Assembly (NCBI GenBank): GCA_037447605.1
Contig: CM074805.1
Coordinates: forward strand, 1,211,361-1,275,360
Direction: 5' to 3'
DNA length: 64,000 nt
Origin: Zygnema circumcarinatum SAG 698-1b
Taxonomy: Eukaryota > Plantae > Zygnematophyceae
A model generated the notes under the pieces. The model had not been told where the DNA came from and did no database searches. It saw nothing but the letters and a program-made list of their open reading frames with translations. This document shows, one piece after another, positions 1 to 14,909 of this stretch. Position 1 is the stretch's first letter. Each line of letters starts with the position of its first letter. A program made the translations under genes and the position numbers.

Positions 1-703
1 AGACTCTCGCCCTATTTATATAACCATTGGAAACCAGTTAAACAATTCCTTCTGAGGCTGTCAACAATTGACGCGTCTGTATTAGTAGTGAATTTGTGTA
101 TCCGCCCCTTCGTTGGCCTATCACGGTTTATGAACTTTGTCTAAAGGGAGTGGGCTATCATCGATGCCCACTTGCATTCGGTCTCTCCGGAATTTTCGAA
201 GTGAATTTACAGCACTTCCTATCCTACCTTAACCTTCAAGACAGTATACACCTCTTGCCAAATGCGCAAAGTCATCGAGTTACTTGTAATGGGTTACTTA
301 GACCGCCTAGAATGTTTGTCGAGCTATATAGAATACCAGACACATTCTCGACTTGAAAGAGGGGTCACATCTCTTTGATCACTCACCATCAATCCAAATC
401 CACTCAAATATACACGATGCAAGAATTCAATTAGAGTATAATCAAAGTCTGAGCGACCCTCAGAAGGCCACAAAACTCAGTAACAACAGCACATGGCTGA
501 AAGATCCTCCATCTCACAAATAATCTAGAGCAAAATAAGCCATTATTGGTTGGAATGTAAGAACCGAAAAAATCGGAGTCCCCAGGCATGCAGGACACAA
601 GAATAATTAAGAGCTGAAACTAGAATCGAGTTACTGAATGGCGTAAACCCGCTATATACCATAGACAAGAATATTCTCTGCCACGACAATAATAAAAGGC
701 CAA

Positions 704-3098
<2,395 letters not shown>

Positions 3099-4057
3099 CT
3101 TGAAACTTACCTCCAACCAGAGAAAACACTAATGCAGTCTTAAAAAACCAAGCCTAGGTAGTCTTCAGGAAGCTCCGAAAGGAGCGCACCAAGGACGCTC
3201 CTGCCGGAAGCTTGTCGAAAAAAATGGCAGTCTCAGCCTCAGCCTGCAACCAAACCAAAGGCCAAGAGGAGGAGGACACTGCCAGCTGCCAGCTGCCCTG
3301 CTGGCCTGCCTGCTGGCTGGAGAAATCGACCGCGCATGGCGTCCTGGACTCAGATCGAACGGCCCAGAACGACCAGGGAAACGCCAAAGCGATCAGACAG
3401 GATCTGCGGGCCTTCAGCCGCGTCCAGTGTGGCGGGGAGGCTGCTTCTATCGTACCGTACCTTACCGTACCCTACAGTATCGCAATATATCCAACTGTGC
3501 CAAGTAACTATATCCGATATGTGAGATATTGAATCGGGAGGGATACGACGATACAATATCTTTTAGTGAGAAACATCGTATCGGGATACCATTAGGCGTA
3601 TCGCGCACCTGCTGAGTGTCTGGCTGGCTGCGCTCACCAGTAACGGCCACCGGCTGACCCTCTAACCCGGCTAATCATATCTCATTTTTAAACAGTGCGC
3701 CTCATTATATTCGTATTATAGCCATGAGAGAGGGAGGGCACAGGGCATGGGTAACGATGGGCGCTGGCACTGTACTCTGCGGCAATGCAGTTTGATTACT
3801 GGAGGAGGAGGCAGGGATGAGGCAGGAGGATGCTACAGTGCTGCCCTAGCAGGCTCTTGAGATTATTTCTTCTCGCTTTAGCAAGGCCTCATTTTGGACA
3901 CTACGCCGTTCAAATTCTGCATTGAACGCTCAGCGCAACTCTCAACACTTACTATGCCAGTATTTAAGGTTCCTCAAAAACAATTCTGTCTGTCAATTAA
4001 ATCACATTCTATTGCCACGCAGCTACTTTTACCATAAATCTCTTTATCACGGCCAAA

Positions 4058-7000
4058 ATGAAAGGGCTCGTCTTCCTATGCATTATTTTCGCGGAGCATA
4101 TCCTTCTCCGTAGCATGGCCCTCAAAATCCTCCCTGAGGATGAGGCAGACCTGGCAGAAGCCATGAAAGACCGCAGCAAACCTCCCCCTCGGCACCTTCA
4201 GGAACAAATGCAATCCTCTTGTTCTTGCTACCAAATAAAGAATGAATATTGCTGCTTCCAACCCCTCTGCGTTTGCAACAATCTCTGTTGGAATGGAAGG
4301 CAACTGGTTGGACTTGGTGGCGTCAAGTGTGCGAAGCCGGTCGCGTCTGTTCCTGGAGGCCCCTTACGGCCAATTCCGTGTGAACAAGAGTTGACATTTA
4401 GAAACATTTTGCAAAAAATATCTGATGAGAACAAGATCCCTCCTATCAACGAGGTTTCAACCGCATGGTTGACTTCACGGCAAAACATAGATTGGCGGAT
4501 GGACACGTCCTTTCTCCTATTTTTGGACCAAAGCACGACTAACTTGGCACATTTTGTCGGTAAACTCAAATTCTGGAATGTAGGCGAGTTGAATGCTAGT
4601 ATTCCTTTTATTCGTCGAAAGTTCAGTTACACTTTTTATATTGCGTGGCATGCCACTTTTTCCATTTTCTCTTTACCCAGTTTCTCTTTCGTCAGTTTAC
4701 ATTTACAACACAAATCTCGTGCATTTTTTACATGTCCTTAGGCTCCTAGGCTGAAATGCAGCTTATCTATACTGAGAGTTCGCCATTGCAAGAAGTCGCT
4801 TCTAGCCCGCCCAGTAAAGTCCAACAACCAGTTGAGGTTCAAATTTACTCCCCCGATCTACGAAGTAGAACCCATATGTATTTAACAGGACGTTTATTTT
4901 TGTTTCTATCTTCTCCGTAAGCCGCACAGTTGAACGTGTTGTCGCTGAATCTATGGAGGACAATGTCCACAGAGCTGGCACTGCTTCCCTTGAAAATTCC
5001 TGATGCATGTTTGTGATGGAGGGTTTTGTGGATGCCAGCAAAAGCACACCAGCTCCTCCTTGTAAATAATGCAACTGTTTCCGCTTTGAAGGGGAGCGCT
5101 GAGCACATTGTCATTCATCGTGCGGAGGCAACTCGGCAAAGGTAATCCACGTTCTCTGCTGCCAAAGTCTCAAACCGGTAATGCGGCTCAAGTACAGATA
5201 CATGCTGCCGTTCTTACGTTTGTCACTATACGATGAGCTGGTCAAGTACTTCTATTAGAGAACTACATTCTTGGAGAACTTGGAATTTTATTTCCGGTAT
5301 TTGTACTGTCGTGCCGAGCCCTTATCACTGTCAAAGTTGGTGCTTATTGATGTAGAGGGGAGATGCTTACAGGATGGCCAACTTATTGTCAACATGTTTG
5401 ATGATATGTGTTTAGCAAACTGCTACTGCAACTTAAGTGCGGGGTTGCCAGTTGTCCCTTCTCCTTGCCCGAAGCGGGAAGTGGTTATATCTTGATTGAG
5501 CTGCATGCACTCCCTTCAAATTGGGCCAGTAGCTTACAGGCAGGCAGTTGATCGGTTGGATCTGCTCACAAACTTCCATCAGCTCTTTCCACTTTAGTAG
5601 CCCCAACCCATGCCATTGCTTTTGGCAACGGAGGTCAGGATGAGGAAATATGGAACCGAGGGTTTCCACGCAACCCTCCTCCGGACAGCGCTGGTGATGG
5701 CGCTGCAGCCATTGTACGGTCCGTTGGTGCATAGATCGAAAGAGTTTGAGCAAGACCTGCTATTGGGAGACTTGCCCATGGCCCATGGCAGAGTGGAGTT
5801 CGAAGTCGCCTTCAACCAAGCGTCGGAAGAGAATCCCATCTGCTTGGAAAACGTGGTTGTTACCGGACATCTGAAGGTCTGCACAGTCTGTTGATCAAAC
5901 CCAGCTATTGTTTGAGTTCACTAATTCGTTATCTTGGGAATGATTTTGACGGATCACTTGGAAAGCAGGGATATCTGTACGGCGATTGGATCTATGCTAT
6001 GGGACGGGTGAAAGGTGGGATTGGAGGGGTCGTTTGACGAGGAAAGTGGAAAGGAAAGGAAGGGAAAGGGAAAGAAAGAAAACAAACGAGAGCGTAATGT
6101 AGACCGGGAACTGATGGGATGGGAGGAGTTGTCCAAACTTTTTCATATCAAGTTCACAGTGTAAAGCAAAATTCGATTTTGGGGTGGGCCCGGGATTCAG
6201 CATTCTCATTACTTGCTTCCCCCCTCACCCCCCGTCGACCCCACACAGAGTTTCCAAGTTTGCATCCTGCATATCCCTCCGTTCTCCTTCCTCCCTATCT
6301 TCTCAGCGAACAACGACACACCTCTGGCAAGCCACGCGTGTGCAATTGAGCGTTGCAAACTTATGGAAAGTTGACCAAATTCTGCCTCTCCTCTCCCTTC
6401 TCTCCGACTGACGTCCTCCCACAACCTTGTCCGAGTTTCAGGGTATCACATACGTGGGAGGGACTTCTGCGGCGAAATCCTTTATTCAGACTCTGAAGAA
6501 GTCGCTGAATCTTAACATGGCCCCTGAGACTCCACAGAAGTTGCAGCTCTTGTGGATTCAGCGAACTCCGGCAAAGAGCCGAGGCCGGCGGGCATTGGCG
6601 GCAGAGAGCATTGAAGGCCTACGGGACCTACTCAACCGGATGGATGTAGAGGTGAGCTTTCAAGGGGCAGAGCTGGTTGCTGTACGGGCAGGAAATGTCT
6701 TATGGACGCTTTACCCTTTTCTCTTATGTGCTTTCTTTGCGTTGCATACACACAGTGTTTTGGAAAGAAAAGGGACCTGTCCGTTTTTTTCTTATTACTC
6801 TGGACTCGGGGTTATGGTGATGGGAAGTGTGGAAGTGTTTCAAAGTTGTCAAGAAGCCACATTCCTTAGTGTTTTTGTAGCCTTCCCCTCCAAGGCATTG
6901 TCCGTCTGATTAGGTTCGTAGAAGAAAGAACTAATCGTTTTGAAAAGGATGAGGCACTCGCTAGAAAAGGCTGTCTGTGAGTTCCTACCAGTTCTGAACT

Positions 7001-7708
7001 GCGTTTGTGAACCTTGTGAGACATTGTGTGGTAAGGCTTTCACAGCTTGCATGGAATTGTAAAATCTCGCACCTGCTACGATGCTCTATTCAATTGTGTG
7101 TAAGAGAGGATACAAACGGAAGCTCGAACAAATCGTTTTCCTGCATGCAGGTGAATGAAATGGATTTTGACGGAATGACTTTCAAGGACCAGATCAAAGC
7201 AGTACAGGCCGCTGACATCGTCATCAGTCTACATGGAGCCGGGCTCACAAACGCAGCATCATTTGGGAAGAGCGGGGCGGTAGTGATCGAAATCATGCCC
7301 TATAAAGTCTACCTCGACATGTTCGGCATCATGGCGGTGAACGCCGGGCTTTCCTACATGATGCATCAATGCAAGAAGGGACCCCAGCAGCCCAAAGATG
7401 AGCTGTTTGACCACATATCCACTGCAGAATGCAACAAGCTCAATATGAAGTGCCTGCAATATTATTTGCAGTACAGGAATGTGGAGTTGACTGCGACGGA
7501 TTTCTACGAGTTGGAGGAGCTCTTAAAACTGGCTAAACGCATGGCTGAAGATACGAGGCGAGGACTGACTGCAAGCAGCCACTTGAGGGGTCTGTTTGGC
7601 AGCCTTTGTCTGGCGAGCAAGAAGGAAATTGGATGCAGAGAGAATATTTTGAGATCGCCCGCCTTCAACGCCTCCACTGTGTGTGTGCTCTACTCCGACT
7701 GCTCATAA
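4058..7708 (+). CDS. Glycosyltransferase family 61 (DUF563) protein, multi-exon, with N-terminal signal/anchor
   Basis: Hydrophobic N-terminus MKGLVFLCIIFAEHILL, then a Cys-rich segment. Last exon (from ~7151) has MTFKDQIKAVQAADIVISLHGAGLTNAASF..GAVVIEIMPY, typical of GT61. Exons ~5601-5874 and ~6441-6651 join in phase 0. Small exons between 4560 and 5600 are unresolved. Confidence 0.85.
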
Positions 7709-8416
7709 GAGGACCTGAAAATCCTACAAGCGCGCTATTGGCTGTATTGCAAAGAGCTCCATTGTAGGGACGGGACTTTTTTTTGTTCATCGGAAGCCAA
7801 TTCGCTTTGGTTACAGCGCTTGGTTTTCAGTTCCTTACGTTTGTGAAGTCACTCTAAACTGCACCTCGATAGGTGTTTCACAGATCAGCTGTTTTTTAAG
7901 ATTAGTTAGGGGCCATGAAGAGAGAAATTTGTACGAAGAATTTGAGTCCCTTGTATAGAATGTAGATTCTGTAACGGATACTTTAGTGGTTCACGTGAAG
8001 GCTAGAAATGATTCCAAGTCTGATCACAATGGTCGTCTTATGTAAATTAGTGCTAACGAGAGGTACAAGGCAAGTTGTTGCTTGACCTCGCCCTCTCTTT
8101 GCACCTCCGCACAGAACATCCTCCGCTCCAACATGTGTGCAAGTGTGACAAAAAGTTGAATAAAATTATATATGGACTGTGAACCACTCGCCCAACTGAC
8201 ATTTGAGTGGTTGCTCATAACAAGAGGCGACATTGCTTTCCTCACCGAGGCTTTTCTATCCTACGGGGGCACTAATCAGTACCAGTACGAACCGTCGAGA
8301 TTGCAATAGCAAATTTCCAATCTCGAGCATTGAAGTAAAACAAGAATGAATTGAATTCCCGCCCTAGCCCCTCTACACACTGCCTTTAACCTCAGAAAGA
8401 AAATACATCTCTTACC

Positions 8417-11400
8417 TTACAACGAAGCATACCAGCCCAGGGCCGAGCCTTGCTTCACCTGTATGGGACTCAGAAAAGCAACGAATGCCCCTGAAAGTGC
8501 GGAGACAATGAAAAAGATGATGACTAGTTTGGGTCGGTAAGAGGAAAAGGCAACCCGTTTCCTCTTCTTAGGTTCTGCCTCCCACATTTGTGTCTGCTCG
8601 GCAGGCAACTGAGCCCTGTTTCCCATTGCCATGCACTTGCAAAGTCCTCCACAACAAGGCCGAACTTGTTTCGGCTTCGAGCAGAGAGACAAGCAAGAGA
8701 TGAAGCTCCCCACGAGAAGTGAGGTGATGATAGCAAGCAGCAGCATCTGCTCTCGTTTCTCCACCGCATCCAATTGCAGCCTGGAATAGAAGAAAGCAAC
8801 CAGTCAGCCTTCTGAAGAAGCAAGCTAGCAGTTCAAAAACCAGAAATAACACTCCTTTTCGCAAGTCTTCCATAAGGCAGAGCGCACCTCATCAGCGCCA
8901 CCTCAGCCATAGAAACCTCATGGCGTGACATCACCTCCTCTCGCAGTGCTGCCATCTGCCGACTTCTTTCCTCCTCCTGATTGTACAAAAAAAAATGAAT
9001 GTACAGAGATGTCCACGTATGAATACACTGAACTGTTGCATAAGCATACTTAAGTTCCACCAACGCGACAAGTGTTGGCTCAGGTAAATGCAGTTATCAG
9101 AGATTACATCGAGACATATCGAAGACGAGGAAACTCACCAGATTGAGCAGGCGAAATGCCACATCTGCAACAGTTAATGAAACATTTCGGACCTTTTCCC
9201 GCAATGCTGCTAAGTCTGTATCCATATCACTTAACGCCTCCTGCTGCGTTCGGACTGTGTGATCCACGTATCTGTCAAGAAGTGACTGGTTCAATTCAAG
9301 GCCGCGAACCTTATTCATCAACGCCTTGAAAACGAAGTCACCGCCTGATCGACCTGTGGAGCCTCCATTGTGTGCAGAGTGACCAGATTGACTCTGACTC
9401 CCTTGCAATGGTTGTGGCGGATTCGGTCTGTGAGCCTGGTTACCATTTGAAGTAGCCGAAGGAGAACTGGCAGCATGTTTCTCTCCCACATGAATTGGTA
9501 CCCCGGGGATGGGCTGCTGCTGAGAGGCAGCATCCTGCTGACCCAGTGTTTCCAGCGGAGTCTCAGTGTCTCTTCTATTTATTTCCACCCCAGATGCCCC
9601 ACCACCTCCAGCAGGAGGTAGTTCATCTTCTGCTGTAGAACCTGTTTGGACTGGATGCTGCGCATTGGGATTATTACCTTCATTGACCAAAGCAGAATGT
9701 GTGACCCTTTCTGATAGATTGTCTGATCCTGCCACAGTTCCTTCCACTGGAGTTTCTGCACTAACTGCACCAGAGGAGCTTCCTGCGCCTCCGGACACAT
9801 GAATATCAAGTGTCCCTGAACTCTTCCCAAGATTGTTGCCGTCCCCTTCAGGAAGTGAATGTTCTGCTGCCGCCACAGGCCTATCTTGGTCTCCTTCTGC
9901 AGATAGCCTTGGTGCAGCCTCAGCTATATCTAAATCTGAGAGCACATTTCCTGCTGCCGTTACAGGAACTGGCGTAGGTCGCCGTGCAAAATCTGACTCT
10001 TCAACTTCTTGCCTCATAGCTTCCATCTCCTCTTTGATGGACTCCAGTTCGTCCACTCCATGAACTCTCACCACACTTAATGTACAGAAGAATTCAGACC
10101 CATGGTGAGTCAAGAGGTTCAACCTTACATAACGAATCAACGATCTGCTTTCCACATCACCAACTTCAAAGGTCTGGGGAGTCCGCACATTCTGTGCAGT
10201 AAAGTTTCCAAGATAAATCCACTCATCACTGGGATAATGAAATGCACCATAAAGCTCAAAGCTTCGCATTGTTGAAGAGTAAAATTCGTAGTTTCCAAGG
10301 ACGATCGACTCTACTCTAGTAAGTGTTTCAGAAAGTTGGATCACGATGAACTTCTTCTCCACGCTGCAGGGACTTCTCATGTATTTGTCCTTGTCCTCGT
10401 CCAACACAGCTCCTGCTCGCATCGCCTCCTTGTTCGCTGCGACCACTTTGGCTCCATATATTGCCGCTGCATAATTGTACAACGAACCATCAGCAGAGTT
10501 CCTCCTCGCATTTGAGGCTGGAACGGCATAGGTGCTTTCATTTGGCGTGGACACCCAAACCTGCTCGCTCAGAGATTTCTTGTACTCATCAAGGCCGGGA
10601 GGCCGAGCTCGCACAGGCCGAGCCTCACGCTCCGTGTCTGCATTGATAGCTACCTTAGCACGTGGCTCTGTTTCACTATCCGAAAGAGGCACAGAAACCG
10701 AGCCTTCAGAACTTTGTGTGGTCTGTAGGTGAGCTGGCTCGGATTTTACTTGCCCAAAAACAGTGGGGGGGGTTAAACCTACAGGGTCAGCCGGTTCTGT
10801 CTCAGTCGCCTCTTCATAACTTCGGCTTCCTACAATACTGGAGCTCAGAACTCCCAGCCCAACATCGCTGCAAAATGTATCCTCACCGTGCACCCCATGC
10901 AGCAGCCATTCCAGGAGCTGCACGCCGTGTAACGGAGTTATCTTGCAACTACCTTGGAAGTCCAAAACACGTCTTTGCTCATAACCCGCCCTTCCATCAG
11001 GTGATTTTGCTTCAATTCCTGCATGGGCGTCCAATGTATGCTCATTTTGCTCTTTGCCCTTCGCAACAACATCCAGAGCTGGGCTAAGCTCGATATCATC
11101 GTCACTTCCTCCTTCCCCTTCAGTCAGATCACTTGATGTATGCCCTGCCTTGATGTCTATTCCACGAATGACTCCATTCCCTACAACATCTGCATTCTTC
11201 TCATTCTCCAGCTGTTCACCATGACAAAGCAAGCTGATGGATCCCTCTTCTGATGCATCCTTTAAGTCTGACCCGAGACAATGTCCTGTATTCTGACTTC
11301 CAGTCTCGTCCTTGCAATCGGATTTGTCACCTTCCTTCGTTCCTTGCTCTTTCCCTCCACTCTGCTGCTCAGAATGAGCTGCAACAGAGGATTCAACACT

Positions 11401-12059
11401 CTGTAATATTGATTCCTCCCCAACAGAGCCCCCAGATCTGTCGCGTGCTCCATCTTGCGAACTGCCAAGGGGTCCACTTGAACCTCTCTGTACCTCCGAT
11501 CCGTCTCGTCCTATTTGCTGATCATCTGCAGAAAGAATCAACAAATGAAATTACAAAAACGAACCAATGAAAGCACGGCTAATGCATACAAATGGATCAA
11601 TCCTCTCAGGATTTTTATTTCAGAGTCACTCTAATTGGCAATTCGAGAGTACGTCCGTTCTCGATAGCATGTCTTCATGATTTTCGGACAGTCAGAGCCT
11701 CATCTCTATGTTATGCACAAAAAACCAACCGTCACTGGAGGCAACACTACGAAAATTAAGCATTAGGGAAAGAAATTTTCGAATAATGGGACTGAAATCA
11801 AGACTTTGATAAGAAGTTACTGACCGTGAACACTAGCTGTATGATATGCGCACAGGAGCAGGAGAACGGGCACAAGGAATCCGCTCCATCCGAGAAAGGC
11901 GCGAAAAGAACGACTATTCCGAGCGTGCAACTTATGTGAAGCTCTTCCGTCCAGGCTAAAAGTTGATGAACTTGTCAGCATCTCCTCAAGGCCATGCCTA
12001 TGCTGGAGACGTGTATCTGCTTCAAGGTCATCCGCGCACTTCTCAGTTCCTGCAAGCAT
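8417..12059 (-). CDS. Mid-SUN (Sad1/UNC-84) domain protein, SUN3/4/5-SLP1-SUCO type
   Basis: Large exon 11525-9139 has YNYAAAIYGAKVVAANKEA..AVLDEDKDKYMRSPCS..KKFIVIQLSETLTRVESIVLGNYEFYSS..CTLSVVRVHG, followed by coiled coil MNKVRGLELNQSLLDRYV. N-terminal TM in exon 12059-11825; C-terminal hydrophobic segments in last exon. Confidence 0.93.
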
Positions 12060-12699
12060 CGCAAAACGATTGTGAATTAAACAGGCAATATTGCTCCAAA
12101 TAAGTGCAAAGACGGTATGCTCCAAGTGCTCATAGGCGCTTCTGCGAATCGTTCGAAGTCACAAAATCTGACAATCGTTCTCAAGCGAACCAAGTGAAGA
12201 ATTCCGTAATTTATGGTAAGTAAATGCAAGCTCTGATGACACTTAGAGCGGCAAAAAACCAACAGTATGCTTCTTTCTCACGATCTATCCATTGCGATTT
12301 CACCAACGTGCAGCATGACTCCTCATTCGCATACAACGTCGCCAATTTCAATGCCTCAATCAAGAACCGCCGAAACGCACCTAGATCACCTAGTCAGCCT
12401 CAATTCTCAACCTCCAAGTTCAACAGACCCCTGCACCACCAGACCGTTAGCGACCCTCAACCACATGCAGCAGCCACCACCCTCCAGGAGCACCCAATTC
12501 CCAGATAGCAGGAGAGAAACCCCCTCCCCTCCCCTCCCCTCTCCTCCCCTCTCCTCCCCCACCTCTCTCAGACCCACCGCCTCCAAGCCGCCTACACTCC
12601 CCCCCCCACCCTCTCGCCCTCCCTCCCGGGCGGCCGGGCCTCGCTCGGCGGCGACACGTGGCGCTGCTCCGAACCTTCTGGACTAAGGATGTACAGTAG

Positions 12700-12962
12700 G
12701 ACGCAATGTCGTGTTTTCGAATTTCAATCAAAAATTCTAGAAGTCAGACCGTTTTATAAAACACTTTTAGAATGGATGGAAAGTCATACGGGGCGTATGA
12801 TCATACGGACTAACTGTACGGTCAGCTCAGCGCCATTCAAGTTGGCGGATATTCAATTTTAGCGGGAGTACGAAAATTCTAAAAGTGCTTTAAAACTCGG
12901 AAACTTAAAACATTAGAACGTTCTAATTCTGAAATCTAAAACTCTAAGATTCACTTGTACGA
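12700..12962 (+). repeat. ~270 bp dispersed repeat (MITE-like), copy 1, abutting the SUN gene 5' region
   Basis: Aligns by eye over its full length to the reverse complement of 30133-30406. Both copies keep GTTTTATAAAAC and an internal CACTTTTAGAAT/ATTCTAAAAGTG inverted pair. Confidence 0.8.
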
Positions 12963-13075
12963 ATAAATGTACACAGTAGACCCCCTTAATATTTTCCATC
13001 CTGTACAGTGCGTCCCCAAGAAATTCGCCCCGATTTTGCCGAAACCACCTTTTTGTACGGTAACTTCGTGTTAGC

Positions 13076-13312
13076 CGTACTACTCGTACTACCCGTACTA
13101 TCCATATTATCCGTACTATATGTACTATCCGTACTATTCGTACTAGCCGTTACTCACCGAATCTCCCCGCACGTGCCGCCGTAAGAGGCGCTCGCTCTTC
13201 TCCCCCTTCTTCCTGGCCTCGATACAATACGATATGATACGACACGACCCGATACGACACAATCCGTACTCACCGTACGAGATGTATTATACGATACGAT
13301 ACGATACGTACG
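13076..13312. repeat. Short-period GTAC/GATAC arrays (~9-bp CCGTACTAT units, then 5-bp GATAC units)
   Basis: Directly visible; similar arrays at 3451-3600 and 33412-33470. Confidence 0.85.
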
Positions 13313-13356
13313 AACAAACATGAACTCTAACATAATACCGCTCGCCAGTGCGCCCA

Positions 13357-13712
13357 TCGCTCCTTTGAGATGCACGGCCCCGGAAGCCCTCCCCCAGCGA
13401 TCCTCGCGGCTTTTTATCGACAGCGCATTTCTATCGCTTTGCAGCGTTGCCTTACTTCCACGAATCCACCATCCTCCGGCGTGCAGCGGTTGTTGGTGCT
13501 CGTCCCGGTGGTCTCCCGCCCCTTCCTACGCGTGCTGCGCCACATCTTGGCGACCTTCGCGGCTGCTTCTAGTGACGTGTTGTTGAGCCTAGGAGTAGAC
13601 ATCCGTTCAGAAGCTTTTTCTTTGACCTTTAGTCCATTGTGACCGCTCCCTTTGGTTCCCGATGTTGATTTCCTTCATGTACGTTTGATGGCTTTGCCAT
13701 CGTGAGTTCAAT
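13357..13712 (+). mobile_element. 5'-truncated 3' end of a CRE-like (RLE-type) non-LTR retrotransposon, copy A (frameshifted)
   Basis: Translates RSFEMHGPGS..FYRQRISIALQRCL, resembling the QRLSxALQRG motif that ends RLE domains. Homologous to 29450-29800 and 57898-57997. Confidence 0.6.
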
Positions 13713-14909
13713 ATATCATCTTTCTTTCCTATTGGTAACACGGACCTTATATTTGCAAATTCCAATATGTTCGCCCAGTTTTTGCCGAAACCATGGCGAA
13801 AATATATTATTAAGGGGGGGTACTGCACCCCGATTCTGGACACCGCCTCTTCCGTATCGTACGGTAAACGGCTTGTACGGAACATTTTTGTTTGACTTGT
13901 GGCGAGGCCGTACGGAAAGACCGTATGGTCCGCTCTAGTTAAGTCATGTCCGCGGCATGCTGCACGGAACACGCTGAACGGCGAGCATGGAGACGGCCGA
14001 GGGCAGCTGGCACTTGCGGCTCAACCACGTTGGCAGTACACGTGGCGAATCCCCGATGGCTGAAGGTGGAATGTATGGGAAAAAACTTGCAAGGGCCCTT
14101 CGTTCCTTTCTGAGGGCTGGACGAGTACATGTAGGAGAAGGAGAAGGGGGAGGGGAAGGAGAAGGGGAAGGGGAAGGGGAAGGGGAAGGAAGGGGGGGGG
14201 TGGGGTGGGCTCTGCTTGAAGCAGGCTGCAGGCTGCAGGTTGCTGTGATCCAATGCGCATGCGGGAGCTGAGAGCAGGGGAGGAGATATGTGGCCTCCTG
14301 CAGCGCGGAGCAGCGGGAGGTTTCTAATGCAGCGTGGGAAAGGAGATCTTTGGATGCTGGAAAGGGCCGGTTTGAGCACAGGGCTGCTGTATCTGGAGAC
14401 TGGTTCGACTCGGCCCTGCTTATGAAGTAATATTTTCTTGTGTGCGGGTCCGAATCCCGAAGATTTTGGATGGAATTAAAATCTTGACTGCATACTTGAT
14501 TGCAGCAGATGCAGGCCACGAGGAGATAGTCAGATGTTGTGAAAAATGTATGGCCTGAGATACTTAACATGCAAGAATGAACAGGAACCTTTGACGTAAA
14601 CGGAAATGACGGAAACGGTTACTGTATACTACGTAGTGGAATACATTCAAAAATATGAAAAGACTGTCGTGGCCTGGCAGGCTACGATCTCAACAGGAAA
14701 GAGAATAATCATGCTCTATTCTGCGGGAGAGCCGTTTCGTATAAACGGTTGTAATAGTAACTGCAGAATTGCAAAAAAAAATTTCTCACTTTTTTTTTTA
14801 AATTGCGGTCACATGCGGTGTTTGTTTTCTGACAGTTGTCCTCCACGTTCTTGGCCAGAATACGTTCCTCTGTCGACCCTTGTGTTCCTTACATCAAAGC
14901 GTGCGAGTT

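Noticed and set aside
5595-5600. In-frame TAGTAG in the first GT61 gene suggesting TAG-to-Gln recoding
   Set aside because: It follows a polypyrimidine tract and fits a normal 3' splice site. Other genes here end at TAG/TAA (tubulin ends TAG).
14364-14416. tRNA-like element (GGGCCGG...GGTTCGACTCGGCCC)
   Set aside because: A 7-bp acceptor-like pairing exists, but the span is only 53 nt and no T-stem, D-arm or anticodon arm forms.
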